The notes under the pieces: generated by a model
The model's database searches: none
Seen by the model: the letters and a program-made list of their open reading frames with translations, nothing else
What the model was told of the DNA's origin: nothing
Translations under genes and position numbers: made by a program
In this document: one piece after another, positions 54,381 to 63,379 of the stretch
Layout of the letters: each line of letters starts with the position of its first letter
Position numbering within the stretch: the stretch's first letter is position 1
NCBI GenBank assembly: GCA_036268215.1
Contig: DATAUO010000093.1
Span: forward strand, 245 to 64,244
Reading direction: 5' to 3'
Length of the DNA: 64,000 nt
DNA from: Steroidobacteraceae bacterium
GTDB lineage: Bacteria; Pseudomonadota; Gammaproteobacteria; Steroidobacterales; Steroidobacteraceae

Positions 54381-56506
54381 GCCTCGTCGATGAGCACGAT
54401 CTCGGAAGCGCCGGGCTCGGGCAGAGAGAGATACACGCCGGCCTCCATGAGCTCCCGTCCGGATTTGATCGACTCCGTGCCGCCGTCGGTGAAACGCAGG
54501 CGGTAGCTCTTGTGCGGATCGAGCCGGCTCAGGCGCGGCTCGGAGACGGGCTGCGTGCTCGACGCGCGGAAGGCGAGCAGCACGCCCTGGGTTGCGCGGG
54601 GATCGGTGAATTGCACGGCCTGCCAGCCGCGCGGGTCCGTGCCGTACGGCGGGTAGGGGAAACTCACCTGCTCATAGAGCAGGTGGCGGAACTTCTTGTA
54701 GAGCGCGACGTTCGGCGACAGGCGATCGCGGATGGCCTGGGGGTAGAGCGAGGCGCGCTGCGACATCTGGCCGTTGAGCGTGCCGACGCCGAACAGCCCG
54801 ACCATGCGGCTGCGAATCGCGGCGTCGATGATCGCCGTCGTCTTGGCGCCGAAGAGCTCGGTGTCTTCGTTGACGATCCAGGCGGCGTTGTAGGCCGACG
54901 GATAGACGCTGGCGCAGGCCAGGGAATTCGAGCGCAGGCGCGAGGCGGGGTAGCAGGTGTCGCTGCACCAGTTGGCGCGGATGCTCGGGGCCAGCCCGTA
55001 GTCGAGACGGCTGCCGTAGCCGCACTGCTCGAGCGCGAGATCCGGGAACTTGCGATGCAGGTGCTCGAAGACCGCGTATTGTCCGAGAAGGGCGGCATCG
55101 CTGCCGTCGCCGGGCGCGTGACCGTGGTCGCCGCGATTGCAGCGCGCGGGCAGGGCGGGGATGCCGGAGTTGTCCCACTTGATCCAATCGAGGCGGTAGT
55201 CCTCGACCAGCCGCGCGAGATTCTCCTTGAGGTGCTCGACGTAACCGGAGGCGCCGAGGCAGACCTGCAGGCAGGTGTTCTCCCAGCTGGGAATCTTGAG
55301 CTCGGCCGGCCTGCCGTCCACCGTCGCGAGCCAGGATGACGGGATCTGGCCCGGCACCAGCGCCGCATCGACGATATTGGGACCGACCCACAGGCCGAAC
55401 TTCATGCCGGCGGCGTGGACCTGGTCGGACAGGTGGCGCAACCCTTGGGGAAATTTCGAGCGGTCCTCGACGTAGACGCCGATTCCCTTGCCCCAGTCGC
55501 CGTTGCCGCGGGTCGATGAGCCGCGATACCAGGAGGCATCCAGGTAGAAGAGCTCGATCCCCATGGCGGCGGCGAACGGGATCTCGTCGAGGATGTTCTT
55601 CTCGACGTCCTTGGCGTCCGTCGACCAGATGTTGTAGCTGACCCACGGTGCGTGATCGAGAGCCGGGGGCAGGATGCGTGCGCGCAGGTGATGCAGGGCG
55701 AGATTGACCGCGGCATCGAGATCGCCTCCGCAGGCGCCGAGGAACAGCGGGCAGGCGGCCAGGGCGTCGTGGGCCTCGAGGGTTCGCTGCAGGTCGGTGA
55801 GGGTCACGCTCATCCGCAGGCGATCCGCGAGCTGCTCGAGCTCGAAGCTCCAGCCGCGCTCCCGCTGAACTCCGAGCACCAGGAACTCGGCGTGCTCGAC
55901 CGCCTCGACGATGATGAGCCCGGTGTGAGAGGGCGCATTCCAGTCGCCTCCCCGGACCGTGACCTTGGATTGGAGCGGCAGAGCCTCGCGCGTGTAATCC
56001 CCGTCGCGGCGCACGCAGTGAACGACGAGGCGGCCAATATCCTTCCTGAGGTCGAGATCCAGGGCGCTGACGCGCGACACGCCGGCGAGCGGCGCGGAGC
56101 CGACATTCGAGTAGGACTGATGCCAGCGGAACGCGCCGGTATCCCCGTAGGCGCCGATCTCGACCCGGGCTTCGAGGCCGGGCGCGGCGGCGGAAAGCAC
56201 CATTCCGTCCGCGGCGGCGGAGGCGGCCCGCGCCTGCCAGAGGGGCGATGCGGTGCCCGAGTACTGGAACACGGGCAGCAGAGAGCGTCCGGGCTGGAGC
56301 CACTCGAATCGACTGGCGGAGCTCCGAAGCGAGGTGAGCGCGGATGCCGCGGCGTCGCGGCCGGAGCACTCGAGAATGGAGCCTTGGTTTGCGAGCCGGC
56401 CCGCGGTTCCGGATCGCGCGGGCGCGCCGCTCGCCGGGAAGCCGCCGAGCACGAGGGTGGCTATACTCGCCCCGAGCACGTCGCGTCGGGTCATTTTTTC
56501 AGGCAT
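54377..56506 (-). CDS. GH36-like (clan GH-D) glycoside hydrolase with Tat-type leader
   Basis: The leader is 'MTRRDVLGASIATLVLGGFPASGA'. It contains 'ELFYLDASWY', 'GMKFGLWVGP', 'LDWIKWDNSG' (KWD) and 'LEQCGYGSRLDYG'. It is only distantly related to the 49088-51211 enzyme. Confidence 0.8.
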   Translation of the reverse strand: MPEKMTRRDVLGASIATLVLGGFPASGAPARSGTAGRLANQGSILECSGRDAAASALTSLRSSASRFEWLQPGRSLLPVFQYSGTASPLWQARAASAAADGMVLSAAAPGLEARVEIGAYGDTGAFRWHQSYSNVGSAPLAGVSRVSALDLDLRKDIGRLVVHCVRRDGDYTREALPLQSKVTVRGGDWNAPSHTGLIIVEAVEHAEFLVLGVQRERGWSFELEQLADRLRMSVTLTDLQRTLEAHDALAACPLFLGACGGDLDAAVNLALHHLRARILPPALDHAPWVSYNIWSTDAKDVEKNILDEIPFAAAMGIELFYLDASWYRGSSTRGNGDWGKGIGVYVEDRSKFPQGLRHLSDQVHAAGMKFGLWVGPNIVDAALVPGQIPSSWLATVDGRPAELKIPSWENTCLQVCLGASGYVEHLKENLARLVEDYRLDWIKWDNSGIPALPARCNRGDHGHAPGDGSDAALLGQYAVFEHLHRKFPDLALEQCGYGSRLDYGLAPSIRANWCSDTCYPASRLRSNSLACASVYPSAYNAAWIVNEDTELFGAKTTAIIDAAIRSRMVGLFGVGTLNGQMSQRASLYPQAIRDRLSPNVALYKKFRHLLYEQVSFPYPPYGTDPRGWQAVQFTDPRATQGVLLAFRASSTQPVSEPRLSRLDPHKSYRLRFTDGGTESIKSGRELMEAGVYLSLPEPGASEIVLIDEA

Positions 56507-56538
56507 GGTCGTCCGGAAGCGATGGCGTAACAGCGTCT

Positions 56539-56555
56539 ATGGTATCGTTGTCATT
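56539..56555. promoter_or_regulatory. LacI-family operator-like site 2 (ATGGTATCGTTGTCATT)
   Basis: This 17-mer is identical to site 1. It is centred in the 87-bp divergent region between the GH36-like gene (start 56506) and the Udh-like gene (start 56594). Confidence 0.6.
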
Positions 56556-56593
56556 CGAGAATTGAAAGACACTTGAGAAGCGAGGCTCGAGCC

Positions 56594-57397
56594 ATGTTGC
56601 TCATCACCGGAGCCACCGGGAGCATCGGCCGCAAATTGCGGCACCACTTCGCCGCTCGCGGCGTCGCGCTGCGACTGCTCTGCCTCAATCCACGCCGCGA
56701 CCCCGCCGTCGTGACCGCGGACCTGCGCGAATACGACGAGCAGTGGGCGGGCGAGCTCGGGGGCGTGGATGCGGTGATTCACCTCGCCGGGGACCCCTAT
56801 GCCGCCGCATCGTGGGAATCGGTGCAGCGATCCAACATCGATCTGTCGCTCAACGTTTTCCGGGCGGCCCGCGAACACGGCGTGCGAAGAATCGTGTTCG
56901 CGAGCTCGAACTGGGTCATGGCCGGCTATCGCCTCGGATCGGAGCGGCTGACCACGGATCTGCCGGCGTGGCCCACGAACGCGTACGGCTGCGGCAAACT
57001 GCTGTGCGAGCGGGTGGGCCGGACGCTCGCGCGCGAGACCGGCATGTCGTTCATCGCGCTCAGGATCGGTTGCTGCCAACACATCGAGGGGAACGTGCCC
57101 GGACCGCAGATCGAGCACGGTATCTGGGGGCAGCAGATGTGGCTGAGCGACCGCGACCTCTGTCAGGGTGTCGAGCGCGCGGCATTCGCGGAGGGCGTGC
57201 AGTTCGCGGTGCTCAACCTGATGTCCGATAATCCCGGCATGCGCTGGGACATCGAGGAGACGCGGCGGCTCATCGGCTACGAGCCGCGGGACGGGCACGC
57301 CGCGGTGGTCACGCCCGCCATCGAGGAGCAGGAGCGCCTGCTGCGGCAGGAGGACGAGCGGAGCCGCGGTTTCAAAGCGGGCTCCGGCAAGTGGTAG
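56594..57397 (+). CDS. NAD-dependent epimerase/dehydratase family oxidoreductase, uronate-dehydrogenase-like
   Basis: ATG 56594. Motifs are 'LLITGATGSIGRKL', 'VIHLAG', 'RIVFASSNWVMAGY', 'PTNAYGCGKLLCE' (YxxxK) and 'IALRIGCC'. The overall layout resembles Udh-type sugar dehydrogenases. Confidence 0.75.
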   Translation: MLLITGATGSIGRKLRHHFAARGVALRLLCLNPRRDPAVVTADLREYDEQWAGELGGVDAVIHLAGDPYAAASWESVQRSNIDLSLNVFRAAREHGVRRIVFASSNWVMAGYRLGSERLTTDLPAWPTNAYGCGKLLCERVGRTLARETGMSFIALRIGCCQHIEGNVPGPQIEHGIWGQQMWLSDRDLCQGVERAAFAEGVQFAVLNLMSDNPGMRWDIEETRRLIGYEPRDGHAAVVTPAIEEQERLLRQEDERSRGFKAGSGKW

Positions 57398-57447
57398 GAA
57401 CGCTGCGGGACGGCGGGATGGCGCGCCGGCGTGCTTGCCGGGGAGTG

Positions 57448-57463
57448 ATGATAACGTTATCAT
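57448..57463. promoter_or_regulatory. LacI-family operator-like site 3 (perfect palindrome ATGATAACGTTATCAT)
   Basis: A 16-bp perfect palindrome 29 nt upstream of the SDR start at 57492. It matches sites 1 and 2 at 13 of 16 positions. Confidence 0.6.
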
Positions 57464-57491
57464 CTAGAAATGGTACGGTCCGGGCGCGGTC

Positions 57492-58307
57492 ATGACCGCC
57501 GCGCGCGAGGGAGCCTCTAAGATCATGCGGGGGATCGATCAGACCGGCGTGTTCATCACCGGCGGTTGCGGCGACATCGGGTTGGCGGTGGCGCGCCGCT
57601 TCCTGGATGCCGGCGCCCGGGTCGTCGTGGCGGACGTGCCCGGCGTACGCAAGGGCCGGGCGCTGGTGAAAAAGTCGCTGACCTCCTCGAAGGCCGAGTT
57701 CGTGAGCTGCGACGTGCGGCGCGTCGCATCGATCGATGCGGCTCTGCGGGCCGCGGTCAAATTTCTCGGCAGGCTCGACACGGTGATATGCAATGCCGGC
57801 GTCGTGCTCAACGAGCCGTTTCTCTCGGCCACCGAGCGCGCCTGGGCCGCGACTCTCGCGGTGAATCTCACCGGCAGCTTTCTCACCGCGCAGCGGGGCG
57901 CGCGCATCATGCGCAGGAACCGCCGCCGCGGCAACGGACGCCGCGGCACGATCCTGTTCACGGGCTCGTGGGTGCAGTCCATGCCGTGGCCCAACGGGGC
58001 GAGCTATTGCAGCAGCAAGGCGGCGCAGGAGATGCTGGCCAAGGTGATGGCGCAGGAGCTCGCAGCGGAGGGCATCGCCGTCTCGCTGGTCGCGCCGGGC
58101 ATGGTCTACGCGGGCCTGACCCGCCGCATCTACGACAAGAACCGCGGGTTCGCGAAGCAGGTCGATCAGACCATTCCCATGGGACGGATGTCGACGGCCG
58201 AGGAGGTCGCCGGCAGCTTCCTGTTCCTCGCCAGCGACGACGGCGCCTACATCACGGGCACCACGCTGCTGATCGACGGCGGCGCCACGCTCGTGCGGCG
58301 CAGCTAG
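57492..58307 (+). CDS. SDR family oxidoreductase
   Basis: Motifs are 'VFITGGCGDIGLAVARRFLDAGARVVVAD', 'NAG' and 'YCSSKAAQ'. The alternative start is ATG 57525. Confidence 0.85.
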   Translation: MTAAREGASKIMRGIDQTGVFITGGCGDIGLAVARRFLDAGARVVVADVPGVRKGRALVKKSLTSSKAEFVSCDVRRVASIDAALRAAVKFLGRLDTVICNAGVVLNEPFLSATERAWAATLAVNLTGSFLTAQRGARIMRRNRRRGNGRRGTILFTGSWVQSMPWPNGASYCSSKAAQEMLAKVMAQELAAEGIAVSLVAPGMVYAGLTRRIYDKNRGFAKQVDQTIPMGRMSTAEEVAGSFLFLASDDGAYITGTTLLIDGGATLVRRS

Positions 58308-58331
58308 ACGCCGGCACCGGCGCCGACCCCG

Positions 58332-59750
58332 ATGCCGCGCCCCTCCGCCGATCAGCGGCTCGCCTACCTGATATTCGTCTGCGGGGTCGCGACCCTGGCC
58401 GGGTTTCTGTTCGGGTTCGACGCGGCGGTCATCAACGGCACGGTCGGCGCGCTCAGCAGGGAATTCGCCTCATCCAGTGTGGGCGCCGGCCTCTCCGTGG
58501 CCTCGGTGCTGGTCGGATCGGCGATCGGCGCGCTGCTCGCGGGCCAGTACGCGGACCGGATGGGGCGGCGGCCGCTGATGCTGCTGACCGCCGCGCTGTT
58601 CACGGTGGGCGCGGCCGGGGCGGGCGGCGCGCAATCGGCGGCGATGTTCTTCGTGGTCAGGCTGATCGGCGGATTCGGCGTCGGGGCTGCCTCGGTGGTC
58701 GCGCCCGCCTATGTCGCGGAGGTGTCTCCGGCCGGCATACGCGGCGGGCTGACCACCATGCAGCAGCTCGCCATCGTGCTCGGCCTGCAGTGCGCCTTCC
58801 TCAGCAACTATCTGATCGCGCGCGCCGCCGGCGGGCCCGGCGCGGCCTGGCTGCTCGGGCTGCATGCCTGGCGTTGGATGTACTGGGTCCAGCTCGTTCC
58901 GAGCGTGGTCTATCTCACCGCTTCGTTGATCCTGCCCGAGTCTCCGCGCTATCTCGTGATCAAGGGCCGCGAGCGCGAGGCGCGCGCGATGATGCAGCGG
59001 CTCTGGGGCGCAAGCGTCGATCCGGAGCGCATGATCGCGGAGATTCGTGCGTCGGTCGGCGAGACAACGGGCGGCGAGACAACGGGCGGCGAGAAGAGGA
59101 ATGCGAACGGCCTCTTGGCGTTTCCCATCGTATGGGTCGGAATCGGATTGGCCTTCTTCCAGCAGGCGTCCGGCATCAACGCCGTGATGTATTTCGGGGA
59201 GTACCTCTGGGCCGCCGCGGGGTTCACCGAGCAGAGCGGCCTCTTGATCAACGTGACGCTGGGGGCGATTCTCGTCGTCTCGACGGTGGCCTCGATGGCG
59301 CTGGTCGACCGGATCGGCCGGCGTCCCCTGCTCCTCGGCGGATCGGCGGTCATGAGCTCGACCTTGGTCATTCTCGCGGCGCTGTTCATGTTCAGCGCCC
59401 GCGGTCCGCAAGGCACGTTGCAGCTGACCTCGGTGCAGGCGCAAATCACGCTGGTGGCGGAGCATTTGTTCATCTTCGCGTTCGGCATTTCCTGGGGGCC
59501 GGTCGTATGGGTGCTGCTGGGGGAGATGTTTCCCAACCGCATTCGTGCGCGCGCGCTCGCGTTGAGCGCCGGAGCGCAGTGGGTGACCGCGTTTCTGGTG
59601 ACCACGAGCTTTCCGCCGCTGCTTTCGGGCATCGGCCTCGGCGGCGTGTTCTGCGTGTATGCGGCCGCCTCGATCGCCGCCTATCTGATGGTGTCCGCCC
59701 GGGTGCGCGAGACCAAGGGGATGGTGCTGGAGGACATGCCGGGGATCTGA
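58332..59750 (+). CDS. MFS sugar porter (sugar:H+ symporter family)
   Basis: It has 'GFLFGFD', 'DRMGRRPLML', 'PESPRYL', 'VDRIGRRPLLL' and 'PETKG'-type 'RETKGMVLEDM', which are the classical sugar-porter signatures. Confidence 0.9.
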   Translation: MPRPSADQRLAYLIFVCGVATLAGFLFGFDAAVINGTVGALSREFASSSVGAGLSVASVLVGSAIGALLAGQYADRMGRRPLMLLTAALFTVGAAGAGGAQSAAMFFVVRLIGGFGVGAASVVAPAYVAEVSPAGIRGGLTTMQQLAIVLGLQCAFLSNYLIARAAGGPGAAWLLGLHAWRWMYWVQLVPSVVYLTASLILPESPRYLVIKGREREARAMMQRLWGASVDPERMIAEIRASVGETTGGETTGGEKRNANGLLAFPIVWVGIGLAFFQQASGINAVMYFGEYLWAAAGFTEQSGLLINVTLGAILVVSTVASMALVDRIGRRPLLLGGSAVMSSTLVILAALFMFSARGPQGTLQLTSVQAQITLVAEHLFIFAFGISWGPVVWVLLGEMFPNRIRARALALSAGAQWVTAFLVTTSFPPLLSGIGLGGVFCVYAAASIAAYLMVSARVRETKGMVLEDMPGI

Positions 59751-59752
59751 GG

Positions 59753-62533
59753 CTAGCGTTTGGATTTGCGCGCCGCCGATGGTCCGGTCACCGCGCGAAT
59801 CGCATCCTCGAGGGAACGGGCAGCCTCGTCGTAGCCGCGCCAGGGCTTGGACTTTCGCAGCAGGGCCGGCGCACTGATGACCGTGAACCGGGCCGGGTCG
59901 AGGCCGGCGCGCACGGCTTTCCAGTCGATCGGCATGGACACGGTCGGCAGCTCGCGGGCGCGCGGCGAAAGCACGGCGACGGCAGTGGCGGTGCGGTCGT
60001 TGCGCAGATAGTCGAGGAAGATCTTGCCGCCGCGCAGGCTCTTCGACATGACGTCGAGATACTTCCTGGGGCTGTCGTGCGCCATCTGCGCGCACACGAT
60101 GTGCGCGAAGTTCTTGGCGGTCGGCCAGGGCACGGCTTGCTTGCCGCCGAGCAGCGGCGTAACCACGTGCAGGCCCTTTCCGCCGGTGGTCTTGCAAAAG
60201 GATTCGAGGCCGAGCTTCTTCAGACGGTCGCGGACTTCGGTCGCGGCCTCGATGACGGCGCCGAAGCTCACGTCGGGCGCCGGATCGAGGTCGAACACCA
60301 GGCGCCCGGCGACCTCGGGATTGTGGGGTGCACAGTTCCACGGGTGCAGCTCGATGGTGCCGAACTGCGCCGCCGCCGCGAGGCCCTCGATGCGGTCGAT
60401 CTGAACGTAGGCGGCCTTGTCGCCGCGGATCTTCACCGACGAGAACTGGGCGGACATTCCCGGCGTCGAGTGGCGCTGAAAGAATTTCTCGCCGCCGACG
60501 CCGTCGGGCATGCGCACCAGCGAGCAGGGGCGCCCCGCGAGGTACGGCATCATCCAGTCGCCCACGGACTCGAAGTACTGCGCCAGCTCCAGCTTGGAGA
60601 GGGGGGGAGTCGCCCCGGTCTTCGGCCACATGACCTTGTCGGGGTGGGAGATGGTCACCCCGAGCACCTGGGTCACGCCCTTGGGGGCCGCCGCGGGCGT
60701 GGAGGCCGCGGGTGTGCGCGAGGCCGCGGGCGCGGATGAGGCGCGGGATGCGCGGCTACCTGTCTTTGCGGCACGCGTCGATTTCTTGGATGCCATCGCC
60801 TGGTCCTCCTTCGAGGGTTCGCCGCCGCTGGGGCGCTCGTCCACCACTTCCCGCGCGGGCTTGTCCTCGCGCAGGCCCTTGAACGCGGCCGCGCGGATCA
60901 TGCCGCCGTCCGTCCAGCCGGCAAACTCGATCTCGGCGACCAGCTCCGGCTTCACCCAGCTGACCTTGGCCTGCTGCGGCGGAATGTTCGCGCCGGCGAA
61001 CGGATTGAATTTGCCGACGAGCGCGTCGAGCCGCGGCGACAGTATTCGCGCGACGTCGCGGCCGAAACCGGTGCCGATGCGGCCCACGTACTGCAGCACG
61101 CCTTTGCGATGAATGCCGGCGAGCAGGGAGCGGACTTCCCCATTCTCCGAGGTGAAGCCGCCGATGACCACTTCCTGTCCGGTGCGGGCCTTGGCCTTGA
61201 CCCACGCCCCGGAGCGGCCGGACCGGTAGGGCGCGTCGAGCTTCTTGGAGACGATCCCCTCGAGATTCATCTTCTTGGCCGACTCGAACACGTCATGCCC
61301 GTTCGAGGTGAGATGCGCGACGTAGCGAAAATGCTCGAGCTCGCGGTGCGCCGCGAGCAGCTTCTCGAGCCGCGCCTTGCGGTCGGACAACGGCAGTTGC
61401 CGCAGGTCCTCCCGCCCCTGGAACAAAAGGTCGAACACGTAGTAGGTCAACCGCTCGGAAGCCTCGTCGGAGAGCGCGGCTTGCAGCGCGGAAAAGCTCG
61501 GCAATCCCTGGCCGTCCATCGCGACGATCTCGCCGTCCATGATGCAGTCCGGAAACGCCCGGGCCTCGGCCGCGACCGCCGCAAATCGCGGGGTCCAGTC
61601 GAGCCCGGTGCGCGTGCGGATCGCTGCGCGGCGCTTTTGCACGCGAAGCTGCGCGCGGTAGCCGTCGAGCTTCACTTCGTGGCCCCAGCCGGCGTAGGCC
61701 GGCGGCAGGTCGACCGACTTGCAGAGCTCGGGCGCGATGAAGCCCGGCAGCTCGTCGACGCGGATGGGCTTGATCTTGGAGGGCCGCGGCGTCTTGGGCG
61801 CGGGCGCCGCTTTGGAAGGCCGCGCCGGCTTGGACGCGGGCGCGGGGGCGAGCACCGCGGCGCCGCCGCCCTCGCGGGAGTGCCACACGGCATCCGCGCG
61901 GGCGCCGCTCTTGCCGGCGACCATGAAGGGAGCGGGGCGCTTGCCGACGCCGCGCGCGATCTGATCCATGGTGCGGCCGGAGGCGACCGAGCGGTCGTCG
62001 TGCATGAGCGCGTCGCCTTCACCTTGCATCGCGGCCTCGTCGCGATGCTTGATCAACAACCAGTTGTTGCGCTTGCCGCCGAAGCGGTCGCCGCGCATGC
62101 GCACCAGCACCCAGCTGCCGTGCATGCGGGCGCCTTCGAGAGTGAACTTGAGGTCGCCCTTCGCGAGCATGTCCTCCGGCGTCTTGCCGCCCTCCGGCAC
62201 CCAGTAGCCGCGATCCCAGAGCTGCACGGTGCCGCCGCCATACTCGCCTTTGGGTATGGTCCCCTCGAAGTCGCCGTAATCCAGGGGATGATCCTCGACC
62301 TCGACCGCCAAACGCTTGTCGGCGGGATCGACGGATGGGCCGCGCGTGACCGCCCAGGATTTGAAGACGCCATCGAGCTCGAGGCGCAGATCGTAGTGCA
62401 GCCGCGACGCGGCGTGCTTCTGTACGACGAACCTCAGGCGCCTCGAGGGCGCGACCTTGGCTCGACCCGACGGCTCGGCGGTCTTGGAGAAATCGCGTTT
62501 GGCGCGATAGACGGTGAGCGCGGGCTTGGCCAT
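59753..62533 (-). CDS. ligD: ATP-dependent DNA ligase D (phosphoesterase-ligase-polymerase)
   Basis: 926 aa. The N-terminal 3'-phosphoesterase domain has 'RFVVQKHAASRLHYDLRLELDGVFKSWAVTRGPS'. The ligase core contains 'HEVKLDGYRAQL' (adenylation Lys). The C-terminal primase-polymerase domain has 'ISHPDKVMWP...LAQYFESVGDWMMPYLAGRPCSLVRMPDG..FFQRH'. Confidence 0.95.
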   Translation of the reverse strand: MAKPALTVYRAKRDFSKTAEPSGRAKVAPSRRLRFVVQKHAASRLHYDLRLELDGVFKSWAVTRGPSVDPADKRLAVEVEDHPLDYGDFEGTIPKGEYGGGTVQLWDRGYWVPEGGKTPEDMLAKGDLKFTLEGARMHGSWVLVRMRGDRFGGKRNNWLLIKHRDEAAMQGEGDALMHDDRSVASGRTMDQIARGVGKRPAPFMVAGKSGARADAVWHSREGGGAAVLAPAPASKPARPSKAAPAPKTPRPSKIKPIRVDELPGFIAPELCKSVDLPPAYAGWGHEVKLDGYRAQLRVQKRRAAIRTRTGLDWTPRFAAVAAEARAFPDCIMDGEIVAMDGQGLPSFSALQAALSDEASERLTYYVFDLLFQGREDLRQLPLSDRKARLEKLLAAHRELEHFRYVAHLTSNGHDVFESAKKMNLEGIVSKKLDAPYRSGRSGAWVKAKARTGQEVVIGGFTSENGEVRSLLAGIHRKGVLQYVGRIGTGFGRDVARILSPRLDALVGKFNPFAGANIPPQQAKVSWVKPELVAEIEFAGWTDGGMIRAAAFKGLREDKPAREVVDERPSGGEPSKEDQAMASKKSTRAAKTGSRASRASSAPAASRTPAASTPAAAPKGVTQVLGVTISHPDKVMWPKTGATPPLSKLELAQYFESVGDWMMPYLAGRPCSLVRMPDGVGGEKFFQRHSTPGMSAQFSSVKIRGDKAAYVQIDRIEGLAAAAQFGTIELHPWNCAPHNPEVAGRLVFDLDPAPDVSFGAVIEAATEVRDRLKKLGLESFCKTTGGKGLHVVTPLLGGKQAVPWPTAKNFAHIVCAQMAHDSPRKYLDVMSKSLRGGKIFLDYLRNDRTATAVAVLSPRARELPTVSMPIDWKAVRAGLDPARFTVISAPALLRKSKPWRGYDEAARSLEDAIRAVTGPSAARKSKR

Positions 62534-63378
62534 CAGGCTCCTTCCCGCTCCGTCATGCGCCGGTACGCCAGCAAATGTCGGAGCGAAGCCTTGGAGTTGC
62601 GCGCGCGCTCAAACAGCCGGGCGAGATTGAAGTGCGCGTCGGCGAGCTGCGGATCGAGCGCCAGCGCCTCACGATAGGTCTCGATCGCCTCGGGCTCGCG
62701 ATGCAGATCCTCGAGCAGCACGGCCAGATTGAAGACGATCATGGGCTCCTTGGCCGCGCTCGCGCGATAGACCCGCTCGGCCTCGGCCAGATCGCCGTCG
62801 AGGTGCAGCAGCCGCCCGAGATTGATGCGGGCCTCCAGATGCTGGGGATCGAGCTCGAGGCTCTCCTCGTAGGCGATGCGCGCGGCCGCGGGGTTGGTCT
62901 CCTCGAGCGCATCGCCCCGCGAGAAGAGCTCCTCCGCGGAAAGCGCCGGCTCGGCGGCGGACAAAGCGGCGTTGCCGCGCGCGGCGGCCGGCGCCGCCGC
63001 CTCGAGCACGTGCAGTCCGCCTTGCTCGAGGTCGATCTCCAGCGCCAGCACGTACTGTCCGCTGTCCGATTCCCAGAGCATCCGTCCGTCGCGAACCGCG
63101 ATGCGATCGCCGAGCGCGGTGAGGGACAGGCGATTCAACGAGGTGCCTTCAGGCATGCTCGCCCGCAGGCGCTCGAGCGTGCGGTTGATGCGCTTGGCGG
63201 GGATATTGGCGGCGCGCAGCGCGCTCGCGGTGCGCAGCACGATCAGGTCTTGAAAGGAGTAGTGCAGCCGTCCGGCGCGCTTGACCGGATTCAGGTAGCC
63301 CGCGCGCTCCAGCGATCGGACCGTCGTCGCGGGCAGCCCGAACAGGCGCTTGAGGTCCTTCGTGTCGTAGGCATGCAT
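62533..63378 (-). CDS. MerR-like HTH / TPR repeat protein inserted between ku and ligD
   Basis: ORF 62533-63477 was trimmed to ATG 63376-63378. 'YDTKDLKRLFGLPATTVRSLERAGYLNPVKRAGRLHYSFQDLIVLR' resembles a MerR-type HTH. The C-terminal TPRs include 'AARIAYEESLELDPQHLEARINLGRLL' and 'AIETYREALALDPQLADAHFNLARLF'. Its stop overlaps the ligD start. Confidence 0.75.
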   Translation of the reverse strand: MHAYDTKDLKRLFGLPATTVRSLERAGYLNPVKRAGRLHYSFQDLIVLRTASALRAANIPAKRINRTLERLRASMPEGTSLNRLSLTALGDRIAVRDGRMLWESDSGQYVLALEIDLEQGGLHVLEAAAPAAARGNAALSAAEPALSAEELFSRGDALEETNPAAARIAYEESLELDPQHLEARINLGRLLHLDGDLAEAERVYRASAAKEPMIVFNLAVLLEDLHREPEAIETYREALALDPQLADAHFNLARLFERARNSKASLRHLLAYRRMTEREGA

Positions 63379-63379
63379 C

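Noticed and set aside
57566-60739. A 1057-aa ORF on the + strand. Similar very long ORFs occur at 2059-3681(+), 4188-6155(-), 6514-7566(-), 15307-17007(-), 26588-29428(+), 44031-46238(-) and 49064-51958(-).
   Set aside because: All are out of frame with, or antisense to, genes that carry clear family motifs. Their translations are Arg/Gly/Ala/Pro-rich with no recognisable domains. This is the expected stop-codon-poor shadow of a high-GC genome.
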